This document shows positions 10,433 through 21,602 of a stretch of DNA of 64,000 bases, one piece after another. How positions within the stretch are numbered: position 1 is the stretch's first letter; each line of letters starts with the position of its first letter. The DNA comes from Thermoanaerobaculia bacterium (GTDB lineage: Bacteria > Acidobacteriota > Thermoanaerobaculia > Multivoradales > Multivoraceae), in contig OY761158.1 in the NCBI GenBank assembly GCA_963664405.1, forward strand, positions 4,768,001 through 4,832,000. Direction: 5' to 3'. Position numbers and translations under genes: made by a program. Under the pieces are notes generated by a model. It ran no database searches. It saw only the letters and a list, made by a program, of their open reading frames with translations, and had not been told where the DNA came from.

Positions 10433-11503
10433 ATGGAGACGTCGTGCACGCGCGTACGCTGCGGCACCACCTGGGCTGCCACCGTAGTGGCTACCCTGGT
10501 GGTCTCGTCTGCGAGCCCTTCGAATGAGCCGGCGAGCGGCATCCCGAGGCGAGCCGATGGCCGACCGGATCTATCCGGCACCTATGATGTTGCGACCCTG
10601 ACGCCCTTGGAGCGGCCGGCTGAGTACGGTGACAAGCTGACGCTCAGCGACCAGGAGGCTCGCGAAATCGGCCGCCGGGAACGCGATATCAGGTCGCTGC
10701 GCTCGCTCGCCAGCGATCCCGACCGTGAGGCACCACCAGCAGGTGGAGACGGTTCCCCAGGTGCCGCGGGCAACGTCGGTGGCTACAACACCTTTTGGAT
10801 CGATCGGGGGAACGGCGCTTTCAAGATCGATGGCCGGTGGCGCACCTCGATCTTGGTGGATCCAACCGACGGGCAGCTTCCGCCCTTGTCCGAGGAGGGG
10901 TTGCGGCGAGCAGCAAGGGCGGCCCAGTTTCGCCACGAGAACTCCGGCACTGCCTGGTGGCTCGACATGGAGGTCGGCCCTTACGACGATCCCGAGCTGC
11001 GCCCTCTCGGTGAGCGCTGCCTATTGAGTCGCTCGCGATCGGGGCCACCGGTGCTATCCGCTCTTTACAACAACCTCAAGCGGATCGTTCAGACCGATGA
11101 CCATGTGATGATCCTTGCCGAGCAGATGCACGACGCCCGCATCATCCCTCTCGATGCCGAGCATGGGTCACCGACGATTCGGAAGTGGATGGGGGACTCC
11201 GTCGGCCACTGGCAGGGGGACACCCTGGTGGTTGACACTATCGGCTTTCGTGAGGCCCCGGAGCCGGTCCGGGGTGCTTCGGAAGACCTTCACGTGGTCG
11301 AGAGATTCACCCGTATCGATGATCAGACACTTCTCTACAGATTCACAGTCGAGGACCCGAGCTACACCGCGCCTTGGAGCGGCGAGCTGGTCTGGCCGGC
11401 GACTCGGGCCCGGCTGTACGAGTATGCCTGCCACGAGGGAAACTACTCGCTCACAGGTATCCTGCGCGGCGCTCGGGTGCTCGAGAGGGACGCTCTCGAG
11501 TAG
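10433..11503 (+). CDS. Conserved hypothetical secreted protein (PDLSG...YEYACHEGN family)
   Basis: AGGAGG RBS; signal-like N-terminus; GRPDLSGTY, WMGDSVGHWQGDTLVVDT, LYEYACHEGNY. Confidence 0.8.
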   Translation: METSCTRVRCGTTWAATVVATLVVSSASPSNEPASGIPRRADGRPDLSGTYDVATLTPLERPAEYGDKLTLSDQEAREIGRRERDIRSLRSLASDPDREAPPAGGDGSPGAAGNVGGYNTFWIDRGNGAFKIDGRWRTSILVDPTDGQLPPLSEEGLRRAARAAQFRHENSGTAWWLDMEVGPYDDPELRPLGERCLLSRSRSGPPVLSALYNNLKRIVQTDDHVMILAEQMHDARIIPLDAEHGSPTIRKWMGDSVGHWQGDTLVVDTIGFREAPEPVRGASEDLHVVERFTRIDDQTLLYRFTVEDPSYTAPWSGELVWPATRARLYEYACHEGNYSLTGILRGARVLERDALE

Positions 11504-11522
11504 ATCCGGTCAGGAGAAACTC

Positions 11523-12329
11523 ATGAAAATCCTCATCCAAGGTTCGATTCTCCGAGCCATGGCCCTTCCGCTCTCCTTCCTTGCCCTGCACTCGGCCGGC
11601 GCGCAGGACAAGCCCGACAAGACGCCCCCGCCGCGCGACGAGTCAGCGATCGACGACCCTCGGGTGCAGCACCGCACTTACAAGTTCGAGGCGGCCGGCG
11701 GCATCGAGACGCCTTACGCGCTCTTTGTTCCTTCGACCTACGACTCGGCCAGGCCGGCCCCTTTGATGGTGGCTCTGCACGGCCTCGGGCGCCAATACGA
11801 CTGGCTGATGGGTTACCACGGCATGCTCGATTTGGCTGAGCGCGATGGGTTTATCGTCACCACACCCTTGGGCCACGATCGGCGCGGGTGGTTTGGCTCG
11901 CATGAGAACGGCGAGACCGGCCGACTTTCGGAGCTCGACGTCATCAACGTCGTCGGTCTCATCCGCGACGAATTCAACGTCGACGCCGACCGCATCTACC
12001 TATGGGGTCATTCGATGGGCGGCGCGGGTACGTATCACTTGGCGGCGAAGTATCCCGACCTGTGGGCCGGGCTTGGGGTGGCGGCGCCGGCGCCTTCGGT
12101 CGATCCCGATCAGCTCGAGCGCTTTCAGCATCTGCCCATTCTCGTGCTCCAGGGCGACCAGGACAAGCTCGTCACTCGCACCAGGGAGTGGGTGACGAAG
12201 ATGAAAGAGATCGGCATGGAGCACGTCTACATCGAGATGAAAGGCGGCGACCACTCACTCTTCATCTCCCAGAACCCGGTGATGATGGCCAAGATCTTCG
12301 CCTTCTTTGAGATCGCGAGAAAGAACTAG
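11523..12329 (+). CDS. Secreted alpha/beta-hydrolase (esterase/peptidase, PHB-depolymerase-like)
   Basis: Signal peptide; PLMVALHG, nucleophile elbow GHSMGG, QGDQD, GGDH. Confidence 0.85.
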   Translation: MKILIQGSILRAMALPLSFLALHSAGAQDKPDKTPPPRDESAIDDPRVQHRTYKFEAAGGIETPYALFVPSTYDSARPAPLMVALHGLGRQYDWLMGYHGMLDLAERDGFIVTTPLGHDRRGWFGSHENGETGRLSELDVINVVGLIRDEFNVDADRIYLWGHSMGGAGTYHLAAKYPDLWAGLGVAAPAPSVDPDQLERFQHLPILVLQGDQDKLVTRTREWVTKMKEIGMEHVYIEMKGGDHSLFISQNPVMMAKIFAFFEIARKN

Positions 12330-12492
12330 TACATGCGGCCATAAGTACGGGTACGTTTCGAGCGACGAAGCGCCTCGCCAGCAAGGCGCGTGACTGAGGC
12401 GTACCTGGCAGTACGCCGCAGGGAGCGCAACGCTGCTGGAGAGGATGCAGCGTCGCTCCAAACGTGTCCGTATTTATGGCCGTGTGTACTAG
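12326..12492. repeat. 167-bp palindromic MITE-like element with CTAG ends
   Basis: CTAGTACATGCGGCCATAAGTACGGGTACGTTTCGAGCGACG ... CGTCGCTCCAAACGTGTCCGTATTTATGGCCGTGTGTACTAG: about 42-nt imperfect terminal inverted repeats. Confidence 0.8.
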
Positions 12493-12495
12493 CTA

Positions 12496-13332
12496 ATGAC
12501 ATCCCAAGCCTTACCGCCTCACGCCCAACTGATACAGATGGGTACCGCCTCCTGGGTATCCAAAATCCTCTACGCAGCGGCCAAAGTAGGTCTGGCCGAT
12601 CAGCTGGCGGCGGGACCCAAGAGTGCCGCCGCGCTAGCCGAGGGGATGCGCTTGCACGCGCCCTCCTTGCATCGCCTGATGCGCACCCTGGCCAGCCTCG
12701 GCATCCTCACCGAGCAGGACGAGCAGCGTTTCTCACTGACCCCCTTGGGCGAGTCGCTCCAGACCGATGCCCCCGGTTCAGCACGGGCCACCTTGATCGC
12801 CTTTGGCGGCGAGTGGTCCTCGCGCGCTTGGGACCAGATCCTGCACTCGATGGAAACGGGCAACACCGGCGTCGAAAAAGCCTTTGGCATGCCCCTTTTT
12901 GATTACCTGGCTCAACATCCCGAAGAAGCGTCCTACTTCAGCGAAGCCATGGTGGGCTTCCATGGCGCCGAGCCACCAGCCGTGGCGGCGGCATACGACT
13001 TCTCCGGGTTCGGGACCGTGGTGGACGTCGGTGGTGCTACCGGCAACATGCTGGCTGCGATCCTCGACCGTCATGCCGGCCCCCGCGGCGTGCTCTTCGA
13101 TAGGCCGCACGTGGTGAGCGAAGCTCCGGCATTGCTCCAGGCCCGCGGGGTGGAGGAGCGGGTGACCATCGAGGCCGGCGATTTCTTCGAGACCGTGCCC
13201 GCCGGTGGCGACGCCTACCTGATGTCGCACATCATTCACGACTGGAGCGAAGAGCAGTGCCTGACCATCCTGGGCCACTGCCGCAGAGCCATCGAGTCAG
13301 ATGGCCGTCTACTGATCGTCGAGATGGTGCTG
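12496..13332 (+). pseudogene. SAM-dependent O-methyltransferase (Methyltransf_2 with dimerisation domain), C-terminally truncated
   Basis: [27 protein letters not shown]; the ORF then runs into the antisense strand of a kinase fragment. Confidence 0.85.
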
Positions 13333-13689
13333 GCGAGGGCGATGGCGAGCTCGAAGAAAGTCGAGCGTTCCAGCGCGCCCTCCGCGATCAGATCCTGCAG
13401 CGTCGCGCCCATCCACCAGCTCCATGGTGAGGAAGTGGGTCCCTTCGGCCTCCTCGACCGAGTAGATGGTGACGATATTCGGGTGATTGAGGGCGGCCAG
13501 CGATTCGGCTTCGCGACGGAAGCGCTCGAGGCTCTCGCGGTTCGAAGCGAGACTCTCGGGCAGGACCTTCAGCGCGACGCGCCGCTTGAGGCGCGGGTCT
13601 CGAGCGACGTAGACCTCGCCCATCCCTCCCTTGCCGAGCAGAGAAACGAGGTCGTAGTCGCCGAGGCGGCTACCGGGCTTAAGGGGCAT
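13332..13689 (-). pseudogene. N-lobe fragment of a Hanks-type Ser/Thr kinase, frameshifted and truncated
   Basis: [33 protein letters not shown]; frame changes at a GGG near 13410; ends at ELAIALA, before HRD. Confidence 0.85.
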
Positions 13690-15106
13690 GGACGGGAGTT
13701 TCCGCGCGGAGATCGAACATCGCCATCTCCTGCCCATTGCGCACCAGCAGCAGGCCGCCGGCGAGAGCGAAATTGTTCCAGGTCTTACCCTCGATCGCCT
13801 GGAAGCTGGAGATCTCTTTGAACTGCTCGGTTGTTGCGGGCAGCAGTGCGAGTTGCCCTCTCTCGCCTAGTACGATCAGGTGACCGTCGGCGTAGAGCAG
13901 CTGGCCGTGGCCGTAGCGCCCGCCTTTCCACACCCGGTCGCCGGTTTCGGCGTCGATGCAGGCGAGGATCCCTTCGTCGAAGCCGTAGATGTAGCCATCG
14001 ACCAACACCGAGGAGTTGAACTTGTTCTTCATCGTCGTTTGGGCCCACAGCTGCTCGGCGCTCGACTGCCCCCCGACCTCTCGGATCTTGAATGCGGCCG
14101 CGCCCTTGCCGTAGCCGGTGGAGATGAATACGCGATCGTCGCCAAGGAGAAGAGGCTGCGCGCAGTGGATGCCGTTTTGGCTGCCGGTCCATTCGGCGGA
14201 CCACAGCTTGGTGCCGGTCTCGGGGTCGACTCCGTTGAGAGCGTGGGCGGCGAAATCGAGAAGCTGCGGCCGGCCGGCGAGCTCGGCAAGAACGAGCGAG
14301 GCGTAGGCCTGCTGACCCAGGTCGCTCGACCAGACCTGCTCGCCCGTCGACTTGTCGTATGCCATCGCCGACGCGCCTCCCAAGCCTGAGGCGGTGACGA
14401 TCACCTTCTCGTCGACGATCAGCGGCGCCCCGCTCATGCCCCACTCGAGATTTCGTGACTTCGTCTCGGTCAAGATGTTTCGCGACCACTCGACTTCGCC
14501 CGTCGCTGCCGAAAGGCATATCAGCTCGCCCTCGGCGCCGAGCGAATAGAGCCGAGCGCCATCGAGGGTCGGTGAAGCGCGTGGACCGTCACCGCCCATT
14601 TGCTCCACGAAGGCAGCGGGGTAGGCGTGGGTCCAGACCTCGGTTCCGGTCTTGAATTCGTAGGCGACAACGACTTCGCTGTCGCGACGTTGTTCGATCG
14701 TGAAGGCAAGCCCTCCGCCGACCACGAGCCCGGCGTACCCGAGCCCCACCGGCTGCCGATAGACCTCAGGCGGCCCCCCCTTGGGCCAGCTCGTGAGCAG
14801 ACCCGTCTCCTCGATCCGACCCTGACTCTGCGGGCCGCGATACTGCGGAAAAGCAGGCTCCGTCGCGAGCCGTGCGAGAAACTTCTCGTCGCTGAGAGTC
14901 GCCCCGTAGGGTTGCTGTGCCTCGCGATCCCTCTCCACTCGGTCGAAGAGCTCGTCGGCCTTCTCGAAGTTGAACGAGGGCGAGAAGTTCCCCCTCAGGT
15001 CCCAGTAAGGGCGAAGCAGGAGCATCAGCGCGACGAGCAGTGCCAAGAGGACCAGGAGCGATCCTGCTCCCTTGAGACTGAACTTGAGAATGCTTCGCAG
15101 TTTCAT
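13679..15106 (-). CDS. PQQ-binding-like beta-propeller (BamB-like) membrane-anchored protein
   Basis: N-terminal TM; FPQYRGP, repeated TGxxxW motifs, [14 protein letters not shown]. Confidence 0.85.
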   Translation of the reverse strand: MKLRSILKFSLKGAGSLLVLLALLVALMLLLRPYWDLRGNFSPSFNFEKADELFDRVERDREAQQPYGATLSDEKFLARLATEPAFPQYRGPQSQGRIEETGLLTSWPKGGPPEVYRQPVGLGYAGLVVGGGLAFTIEQRRDSEVVVAYEFKTGTEVWTHAYPAAFVEQMGGDGPRASPTLDGARLYSLGAEGELICLSAATGEVEWSRNILTETKSRNLEWGMSGAPLIVDEKVIVTASGLGGASAMAYDKSTGEQVWSSDLGQQAYASLVLAELAGRPQLLDFAAHALNGVDPETGTKLWSAEWTGSQNGIHCAQPLLLGDDRVFISTGYGKGAAAFKIREVGGQSSAEQLWAQTTMKNKFNSSVLVDGYIYGFDEGILACIDAETGDRVWKGGRYGHGQLLYADGHLIVLGERGQLALLPATTEQFKEISSFQAIEGKTWNNFALAGGLLLVRNGQEMAMFDLRAETPVHAP

Positions 15107-15127
15107 GCCTGCGTTTCTCGCCCTCTT

Positions 15128-15391
15128 TCAGCCGCCTAAGTGGGCATGGGCTTTCAGAGGGAATCTCTCTGGGTGTTCGATGGACTCAAGCGCCAAGTCG
15201 ACATCCAGGTCGGGCCAGTAGAGATGACCCGGGTGTGGTCGCTCGACGTTCATGATCGCTTTCACCGTAGCGCTCTCGAACCAGGGGAACTCCTCGAACG
15301 GCAAGAACAGCTCGCGATCCTCGAGTAAGAGCCAGAACCCGTGACGCGAGAGGTTGGTGACCTCAGCTTGGGAAATGGCGGTGCCAGGCAT
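15128..15391 (-). CDS. DUF2442 family antitoxin-like protein
   Basis: EVTNLSRHGFWLL, LFLPFEEFPWF, HLYWPDLDVDLALESIEHPERFPL. Confidence 0.85.
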   Translation of the reverse strand: MPGTAISQAEVTNLSRHGFWLLLEDRELFLPFEEFPWFESATVKAIMNVERPHPGHLYWPDLDVDLALESIEHPERFPLKAHAHLGG

Positions 15392-15475
15392 CTCTGATCT
15401 CATCCTCGTGTTCCACGATCAGTTCTCGGACGCGATTCAGGTTCTGTTCGCTCAGCCGATAGTTCGTAGCCAAGT
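15363..15475 (-). pseudogene. 3' remnant of a DUF4160 family toxin-like gene
   Basis: LATNYRLSEQNLNRVRELIVEHEDEIRDAWHRHFPS* overlaps the DUF2442 start; N-terminus absent. Confidence 0.75.
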
Positions 15476-15516
15476 TTAGCAAGCTGGCTGTTCGTGCTGG
15501 GCATTCAGCCGGTGGA

Positions 15517-17202
15517 TCAATCTAGCAGCTCAGGCTGGTTGTCGGCATCCACATTGCTCGGCCAGGTGACCGCAGGCGCTGCGGGAAGCTGCATCCTTTC
15601 CTCATAGGGAAGCACCTTGGCTCGCCAGGCCCACTCTTCCCACTTCTTCGTCATGGTCTCGAGGAGCACCGGGTTCTGCGCTGCCAGATCGTTGACTTCG
15701 TTTCGATCGACCGATAGATCATAGAGCCTCCACTCTCCGATCTCCTTTTGCCAGAGCGCCTTGAAATTGCCTTGGCGCACCGCTCTGTGTTTCATGTGCT
15801 CCCAGAACATCCACTCGGCTTGCTCCAGCTCACCGGTTTTGATTGCTTCGAGCAAGCTTCCCCCCTCCAGTGAGTGAATGTCATAGCCGTTGAACGAGGT
15901 GGGGTAGTCGGCTTTCGCGACTTCATAGAAAGTGGGAGCCAGGTTCAGTAAAGAGGCTGGAGTGCGAATCCATTGATCTTTCATCGTTCCGATCTCTTGC
16001 GGCCAGTGAACGATCAATGGAGAAGAGATACCTCCTTCATTGAGCCACACCTTGAACTTTCTAAACGGCGTGTTCGATGCATTTGCCCAGCCGGTGCCGT
16101 AAGAGACGGGGCCACTGTAATCGGGATCGTTGATGAGCTCGAAGGCCCGTCCCCCAAGGTCGTCGTAGGGCTCGGCGCAGCCACCGTTGTCGGTCAGAAA
16201 CACAAGCAGAGTGTTTTCGAAGGCTCGTTTCCTTTTGAGCGCTTCGATCAGCCTTCCAATGTTGGTGTCGACTCTGTGAACCATCGCCGCGTAGACCGCC
16301 ATCCGATAGTCCAGCTGATCTTTCTGTTCTTCTGTTACGTCCGCCCACGCGCGTGCCCCTGGGTCGCGTGCTGAAAGATTGTTCGTTTCATTCAACAATC
16401 CGATCTCGAGCTGGCGTGCGAACCTCTGCTTTCTGAGCTCGTCCCATCCGATCTCTTTATATTTGCCGACGAACTTTTCAATGTCTTCTTCTCTTGCATG
16501 TAGCGGCCAGTGAGGCGCTGTGTAGGCGAGGTATAGGAAGAAGGGATCGTCATCTTTCTGTTCTTCGACAAAGTGGATGGCGTAATCGGTAAAGGCGTCG
16601 GTGGTGTAGTAGCCCTCCTCGGTGGGAGGTGCCAGGGGACTGTTGTCGAGCATGAGACCGCGGCCCCCTTGCGGCTTCAGATAGCTCGAGGCACCGGCGA
16701 TGATGCCGTAGAAGCGATTGAAACCACGCTGCCGCGGCCAGCGGTCGGGGGTGTGGTACCCCTGATGCCATTTGCCGGCCATGTAGGTGTGGTACCCGGC
16801 CTCGCCCAGTACCTCGGCCAGGGTCAGGCTGTTGCGATTGAGGAATCCCCGGTAGCCATAGACCCCGTGGTCTCCGATCAAGCCCGTGGGTGAGTTGGTG
16901 GCAGCGCCGATGCCGGTCTGGTGAGGGTGCAGCCCGGTCAGCAGGCTGGCGCGGGTGGGGTAGCAGCGTGCGGTGTTGTAGAACTGGGTGAAGCGCACCC
17001 CGTTGGCGGCCAGCCCGTCGATATTGGGGGTCGGAATCTCGCCGCCGTAGGCACCGATGTCCGACCACCCCATGTCGTCGACCATGATGAGAACGATGTT
17101 GGGCCGCTCGTCTGCTGCGAGCAGTGGGGTAGAGAGCACGCAGACGAATAGAAGCGTCAGGTGAGAAACCAGGGAGCGCGAGGAGGGGGTAAGCGTTGGC
17201 AT
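15517..17202 (-). CDS. Arylsulfatase (Cys-type formylglycine sulfatase)
   Basis: RPNIVLIMVDDMGWSD, CYPTRASLLTG (CxPxR), GKWH, YLAYTAPHWPL, TDNGG; signal peptide. Confidence 0.93.
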   Translation of the reverse strand: MPTLTPSSRSLVSHLTLLFVCVLSTPLLAADERPNIVLIMVDDMGWSDIGAYGGEIPTPNIDGLAANGVRFTQFYNTARCYPTRASLLTGLHPHQTGIGAATNSPTGLIGDHGVYGYRGFLNRNSLTLAEVLGEAGYHTYMAGKWHQGYHTPDRWPRQRGFNRFYGIIAGASSYLKPQGGRGLMLDNSPLAPPTEEGYYTTDAFTDYAIHFVEEQKDDDPFFLYLAYTAPHWPLHAREEDIEKFVGKYKEIGWDELRKQRFARQLEIGLLNETNNLSARDPGARAWADVTEEQKDQLDYRMAVYAAMVHRVDTNIGRLIEALKRKRAFENTLLVFLTDNGGCAEPYDDLGGRAFELINDPDYSGPVSYGTGWANASNTPFRKFKVWLNEGGISSPLIVHWPQEIGTMKDQWIRTPASLLNLAPTFYEVAKADYPTSFNGYDIHSLEGGSLLEAIKTGELEQAEWMFWEHMKHRAVRQGNFKALWQKEIGEWRLYDLSVDRNEVNDLAAQNPVLLETMTKKWEEWAWRAKVLPYEERMQLPAAPAVTWPSNVDADNQPELLD

Positions 17203-17342
17203 TCCCGAGGGCAGTGTTCTCGTGGTCACTCGTGCGGGCTCTTCGAGGATGTCAAGGATGGCCTTTGCACAGCAAACACGATCACGGACTTTGCCGGGCT
17301 CAAGTAGGATGGGTACCAACCCGACTCTCGAGGACACACCAA

Positions 17343-18982
17343 TTGGCTGCAAAGTCGCCGCTGCACGCTGCCCCTCTCTTCCTGCTGGGATCGAGTCTGC
17401 TTGCTCTCTCCGCTCAGCCCGGTCTTGGCCAATCCGAGAACAGGGTCGATTTCAGCACCCAGATCCGCCCCCTCCTTGCCGGCTACTGCTATGAGTGTCA
17501 CGGCGAGAACCGGGCCACGCGAGAGGCCGATCTCAGGTTGGATCAGCAGTCCTTCGCCTTCAGCGACCTCGGAGGCTACAGGGCGATTGTCCCCGGAGAT
17601 CCGCAGGAGAGCGAGCTCTACCTTCGCGTCGCTTCAGAGTTCGCCGAGACCCGAATGCCCCCCTATGCGGCGGGCACCGAGCTCAGCAAGGATCAGATCG
17701 AATTGATTCGACGGTGGATCGAGGAGGGAGCAGAGTGGATCGACGACGAAACCGATCGGGAGACCCCTCGTCGCAGCACCGGTCGGCGGCCGGTCGAGCT
17801 GCCCCGCGAGCCGTTTTCCATCTACACCCACGACATCGACGAGGTCCGCGTGTCGGTCCTGGCTCGCGGCCTGTCCCATCCGTGGGCGTTGGCCTTTCTG
17901 CCGAGCGGCGACATGTTGGTCACCGAGCGCAGTGGAGCCCTTCGCGTGTGGTTCGGGACGGCGTCCTCGTTCCCGAGCCGGTCGCGGGGCTGCCGACGGA
18001 CATGATCGCCAGGCGGTCGTCCGGCCTGATGGAGGTGTCAGTCCATCCCCGGTTCGAACAGAACGGGTGGGTCTACTTGACCTACACGAGGAAGCTCGAC
18101 GAGGGGACGGGGACAGTGGCTCTCGTGCGCGGCCGCCTCGACGGGATGCAGCTTCGCAACGTCGAAGACGTGTTCGTCGCGGAGCCGTGGGCCGGCACGA
18201 ACCCGACCGATCCTATGAACCAAACTCGGAAACCTCGCGCGACAGCGGCGGCGCGGCTTGCGTTCGCACCGGATGGGACGCTCTTCATGACCTTGGGCGG
18301 CGCCGTCGGTGTCGCGAGAGACGACGGCTCGTCGAGTTTCTTCGGCAAGGGCATGCTCGCCCAGGATCCGAGCAGCCACGCCGGCAAGCTCCTACGGTTC
18401 AACGACGACGGTAGTGTCCCGGACGACAACCCCTTCGTTGGGCGCGAGGGGTATATGCCCGAGATCTACTCGATGGAGCATCGCAACCAGCAGGGACTGG
18501 CGATCCACCCGGAAACGGGGATGCCCTTCGCTACCGAGCACGCTCCACAGGGCGGCGACGAGCTCAACGCCATCGAGGCCGGAGGGAATTACGGCTGGCC
18601 GGTCGTGTCCTACGGCCGACATTACGATGGGCCGCGGATCGCTCCCCAGTTCTGGCAGGAAGGTATGAAGGAGCCGGTGGTGTTCTGGGTGCCGTCGATC
18701 GGCCCGTCCGGTCTGGCCTTCTACACCGGCGATCGCTTCCCCGAATGGAGAGGGGACCTCTTCGCCGGCGCGATGATGGTGGGCAGGATCCCTCGCACCG
18801 GCCATCTCGAGCGGATCGTTTTCAACGAGAGAGGCGAAGAGCTCCGCCGCGAGTCGCTGCTCAGTGAGCTCCGGCAGCGGATTCGCGACGTGCGCCAGGG
18901 GCCGGACGGGCTGCTCTATCTTCTGACCGAAGAAAACGATGCTGCGCTGTTGCGGCTCGAGCCGGTGGAGAGCGCCCAGTAG
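17343..18982 (+). pseudogene. Planctomycete-type cytochrome c domain fused to a PQQ-dependent sugar dehydrogenase (GSDH); frameshift near 17950
   Basis: VDFSTQIRPLL, CYECH heme motif, IRRWIEEGA; then GLSHPWALAFLP...TERSG; after the frameshift VRDG, GGDELN, GGNYGWP, RIRDVRQGPDG. Start position uncertain. Confidence 0.8.
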
Positions 18983-19658
18983 AACAGCGTTGTCTCCCCA
19001 CTCGAAAATAGGATAGACGCTTATTAGCGATCAAGAAGGAAATCGAAAATAACGGCCTTGACGCCTTCCTGTCGAGTTCCCGCCGCGTCTAGGGAGCCCG
19101 CGTGGCAACGAGAGCGCGTTATGCTAAGCGGCACGTCACTCGAAGACCCATATCCTCCCGGGAGGGAAGCCATGCTGAGATCGCGCACCGCGCCGAAGAT
19201 GAAGTCGTGCCTGCACTGGACGGCCGCACTCGTACTCCTTACCGCACTACCCGCCACGGCGATAGACGGGCCGACTCTCCCTATGGCGAAGGCCGAGTCG
19301 GTCGGCATGTCGTCCGAGCGCTTAGCGCGCATCAACGCCCACATGCAGCAGTACATCGACAACGACATGATCGCGGGCGCGGTGACCCTGGTTGCGCGCA
19401 AAGGCAAAGTCATCCACCTCGAGGCGCAGGGATCGCGCTACAGGGAAGAGAACATTCCCATGACGACCGACACCATCTTCACCTTGGCGTCGATGACCAA
19501 GCCGATCGCCTCGACGGCGCTCATGATGCTCTTCGAAGAGGGCCTCTTCCGCCTCGACGACCCGATCTCGAAGTGGTTGCCCGAATACAAAGACCACAAG
19601 GTGCGCCTGAAAGGCGGCCCGATCGCACGAACCGTGCCGCAGGAGCGCCCGGTCACAG

Positions 19659-19736
19659 CTTGGGTTCAAGGGGTCGTCGCAACGTTGCCTTGGTGAGCAG
19701 AGTGTACAAACTCATCGAAGACTTCGGCAGGGGTTC
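19659..19736 (-). mobile_element. Isolated terminal fragment of the IS30 element
   Basis: Near-identical to 20151-20228 (CTTGGGTTCAAGG..GTCGTCGCA..GTTGCCTTGGTGAGCAGAGTGTACAA...). Confidence 0.85.
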
Positions 19737-20150
19737 TGAGCGGTCACGGTTTCGTGGACACCAAGTTAAGCCCCATCGGGGCAGTTCCTATTCTGCATCA
19801 GTTCGGGTAGTCAGCTTCGGACGAGGCTGTGCGAGGTTCGGGGAGCGCAGCCTCCCTTCGGATCCGACCGCCGGTCGCGCGTGAGTTCACGCTGCCCCTT
19901 CGAAGGCCTCGGGGCTCAGGAATCCGAGCGTCGAATGCTGGCGTCTCAGGTTGTAGAACACTTCGAGGTAAGAAACCGCTTCGTCGTGAGCTCGCTGACG
20001 AGTCTCGAAGGGTCGGTCCCAGACCTCGGTCTTGAGACTGTCGAAGAAGCTCTCCAAGACCGCATTGTCATAACAATTTCCGACGCCGGACATGCTGCAG
20101 CGAAACCGCAGCTCAGCCAGCCGATCCTGGTAAGCCTTCGAGGCGTACTG
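19737..20150 (-). mobile_element. IS3-family remnant (orfB C-terminus plus right IR)
   Basis: QYAS..SMSGVGNCYDNAVLESFFDSLKTE..YNLRRQHSTLGFLSP; minus-strand end GGTGTCCACGAAACCGTGACCGCTCA. Confidence 0.88.
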
Positions 20151-21602
20151 CTTGGGTTCAAGGAGTCGTCGCAGCGTTGCCTTGGTGAGCAGAGTGTACA
20201 AGCTCATCGAAGACTTCGGCAGGGGTTCTCCAGCCGAGGGTCTTGCGGGGTCGGCCGTTGAGTGCGAGCGCGACCGCGGCGAGGTCGTCGCAGGAGTATC
20301 TGACAAGGTCGGTGCCCTTCGGGAAGTACTGGCGTAGTAGTCCGTTGGTGTTCTCGTTGGTGCCCCGCTGCCAGGGGCTGTGCGGGTCGCAGAAGTAGAT
20401 CGCGAGGCCGGTATCGACGCGGAGTTGAGCGTGTTGAGCCATCTCGGCGCCCTGGTCCCAGGTCAAGGACCGGCGGAGCTGCTCGGGCAGCGTGGTGATT
20501 GACACCGCGATCGCGTCACGGACGGCTTCGGCGCCGTGCCCGGCGAGGGCCGGCCCGTTCTTCACCCTCGATTCGGTCCCGTGCCCTTCCATGCGGGGCA
20601 GGTGCAGCAGCATCGTGAACCGCGTAGTGCGTTCGACGAGGGTCCCGATCGCTGAGCTCTCGAGCCCGACGATCAGGTCGCCTTCCCAGTGACCCGGCAC
20701 GGCCCTGTCGCCGGCTTCGGCGGGGCGTTCGCTGATCATGATCTCCGGAGTTACAAATTTCTTGCCTCTCCCCCGGGTTCGCGCATGCGGCACTCGTAGC
20801 GCTCGCCCGGTTCGCAGGCACGCGACGAGCTCGCGTTTGAGGGCTCCTCGACCTTGGATGTAGAGCGCTTGGTAGATCGCCTCGTGAGAGATCCGCATCG
20901 ACTCATTATGGGGGAAATCAATCCGAAGCCGGTTCGAGATCTGCTCCGGACTCCAGGATTTCGCCCAACGCCGATCCTGGCGACGGCCGTGCCGACGGCC
21001 GATCCAACGCACATCCGGACCCGGCACCAGCTCCCCGTCAGGCCTTGCGATCACGCCGGCGAGGCGGTTCTGCACGTACTCACGCAAGGCATCGTTCGCG
21101 GCAAGCTTGGAGACCTTCGGACGGCTGGCGCGCCGCTCCGCGTGCCACTGCGCAGTCGTGGCCCGATAAGTTACGGCACGGCTGCGAGTCGCCGCGTTGC
21201 GGCGCAGCTCCCGCGAAATCGTCGACGGTGAACGACCCAGGCGGCGAGCGATCTCACGTACCCCAACATGCTGAGCGTGAAGGATGGCGATCTCTTCACG
21301 CTCGGCGAACGACAGATAACGCCCCGACACCGGAGCCAACGAGATAGGTCGCATTCCACCAGCTTGCCTGAACCATCTCGACCCGACAGCCGGCGACACC
21401 CCAGCCTCTGTTGCGGCGTCCTCGCTGGACGCCCCACGAGCGATCGTCTCCCAGAACCGGATCCGGTCCTCGCGCCGCGCTGTCGAGGGCCGGCCAGGTG
21501 ACCGCATCTGGCCACGCATCGCTCGAATCGCACCCTGACACTTGCCAACTCCCATCGAAACACCTCCATCACGAGATGTTGCGACGACCAGTTGAATCCG
21601 CC
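20151..21602 (-). mobile_element. IS30-family insertion sequence (complete)
   Basis: Imperfect inverted ends CTTGGGTTCAAGGAGTCGTCGCA / TGCGACGACCAGTTGAATCCGCC around the transposase. Confidence 0.9.
20158..21555 (-). CDS. IS30 family transposase
   Basis: LSFAEREEI, RSPSTISRELRRN, WSPEQIS, ISHEAIYQ, GHWEGDL, SLTWDQGAEM, PWQRGTNENTNGLLRQYFPK. Confidence 0.95.
   Translation of the reverse strand: MGVGKCQGAIRAMRGQMRSPGRPSTARREDRIRFWETIARGASSEDAATEAGVSPAVGSRWFRQAGGMRPISLAPVSGRYLSFAEREEIAILHAQHVGVREIARRLGRSPSTISRELRRNAATRSRAVTYRATTAQWHAERRASRPKVSKLAANDALREYVQNRLAGVIARPDGELVPGPDVRWIGRRHGRRQDRRWAKSWSPEQISNRLRIDFPHNESMRISHEAIYQALYIQGRGALKRELVACLRTGRALRVPHARTRGRGKKFVTPEIMISERPAEAGDRAVPGHWEGDLIVGLESSAIGTLVERTTRFTMLLHLPRMEGHGTESRVKNGPALAGHGAEAVRDAIAVSITTLPEQLRRSLTWDQGAEMAQHAQLRVDTGLAIYFCDPHSPWQRGTNENTNGLLRQYFPKGTDLVRYSCDDLAAVALALNGRPRKTLGWRTPAEVFDELVHSAHQGNAATTP

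Noticed and set aside
12496-13821. 441-aa methyltransferase with a novel C-terminal domain
   Set aside because: Everything after LLIVEMVL is the antisense reading of a kinase fragment and the propeller gene end, so this is a truncation junction rather than a domain fusion
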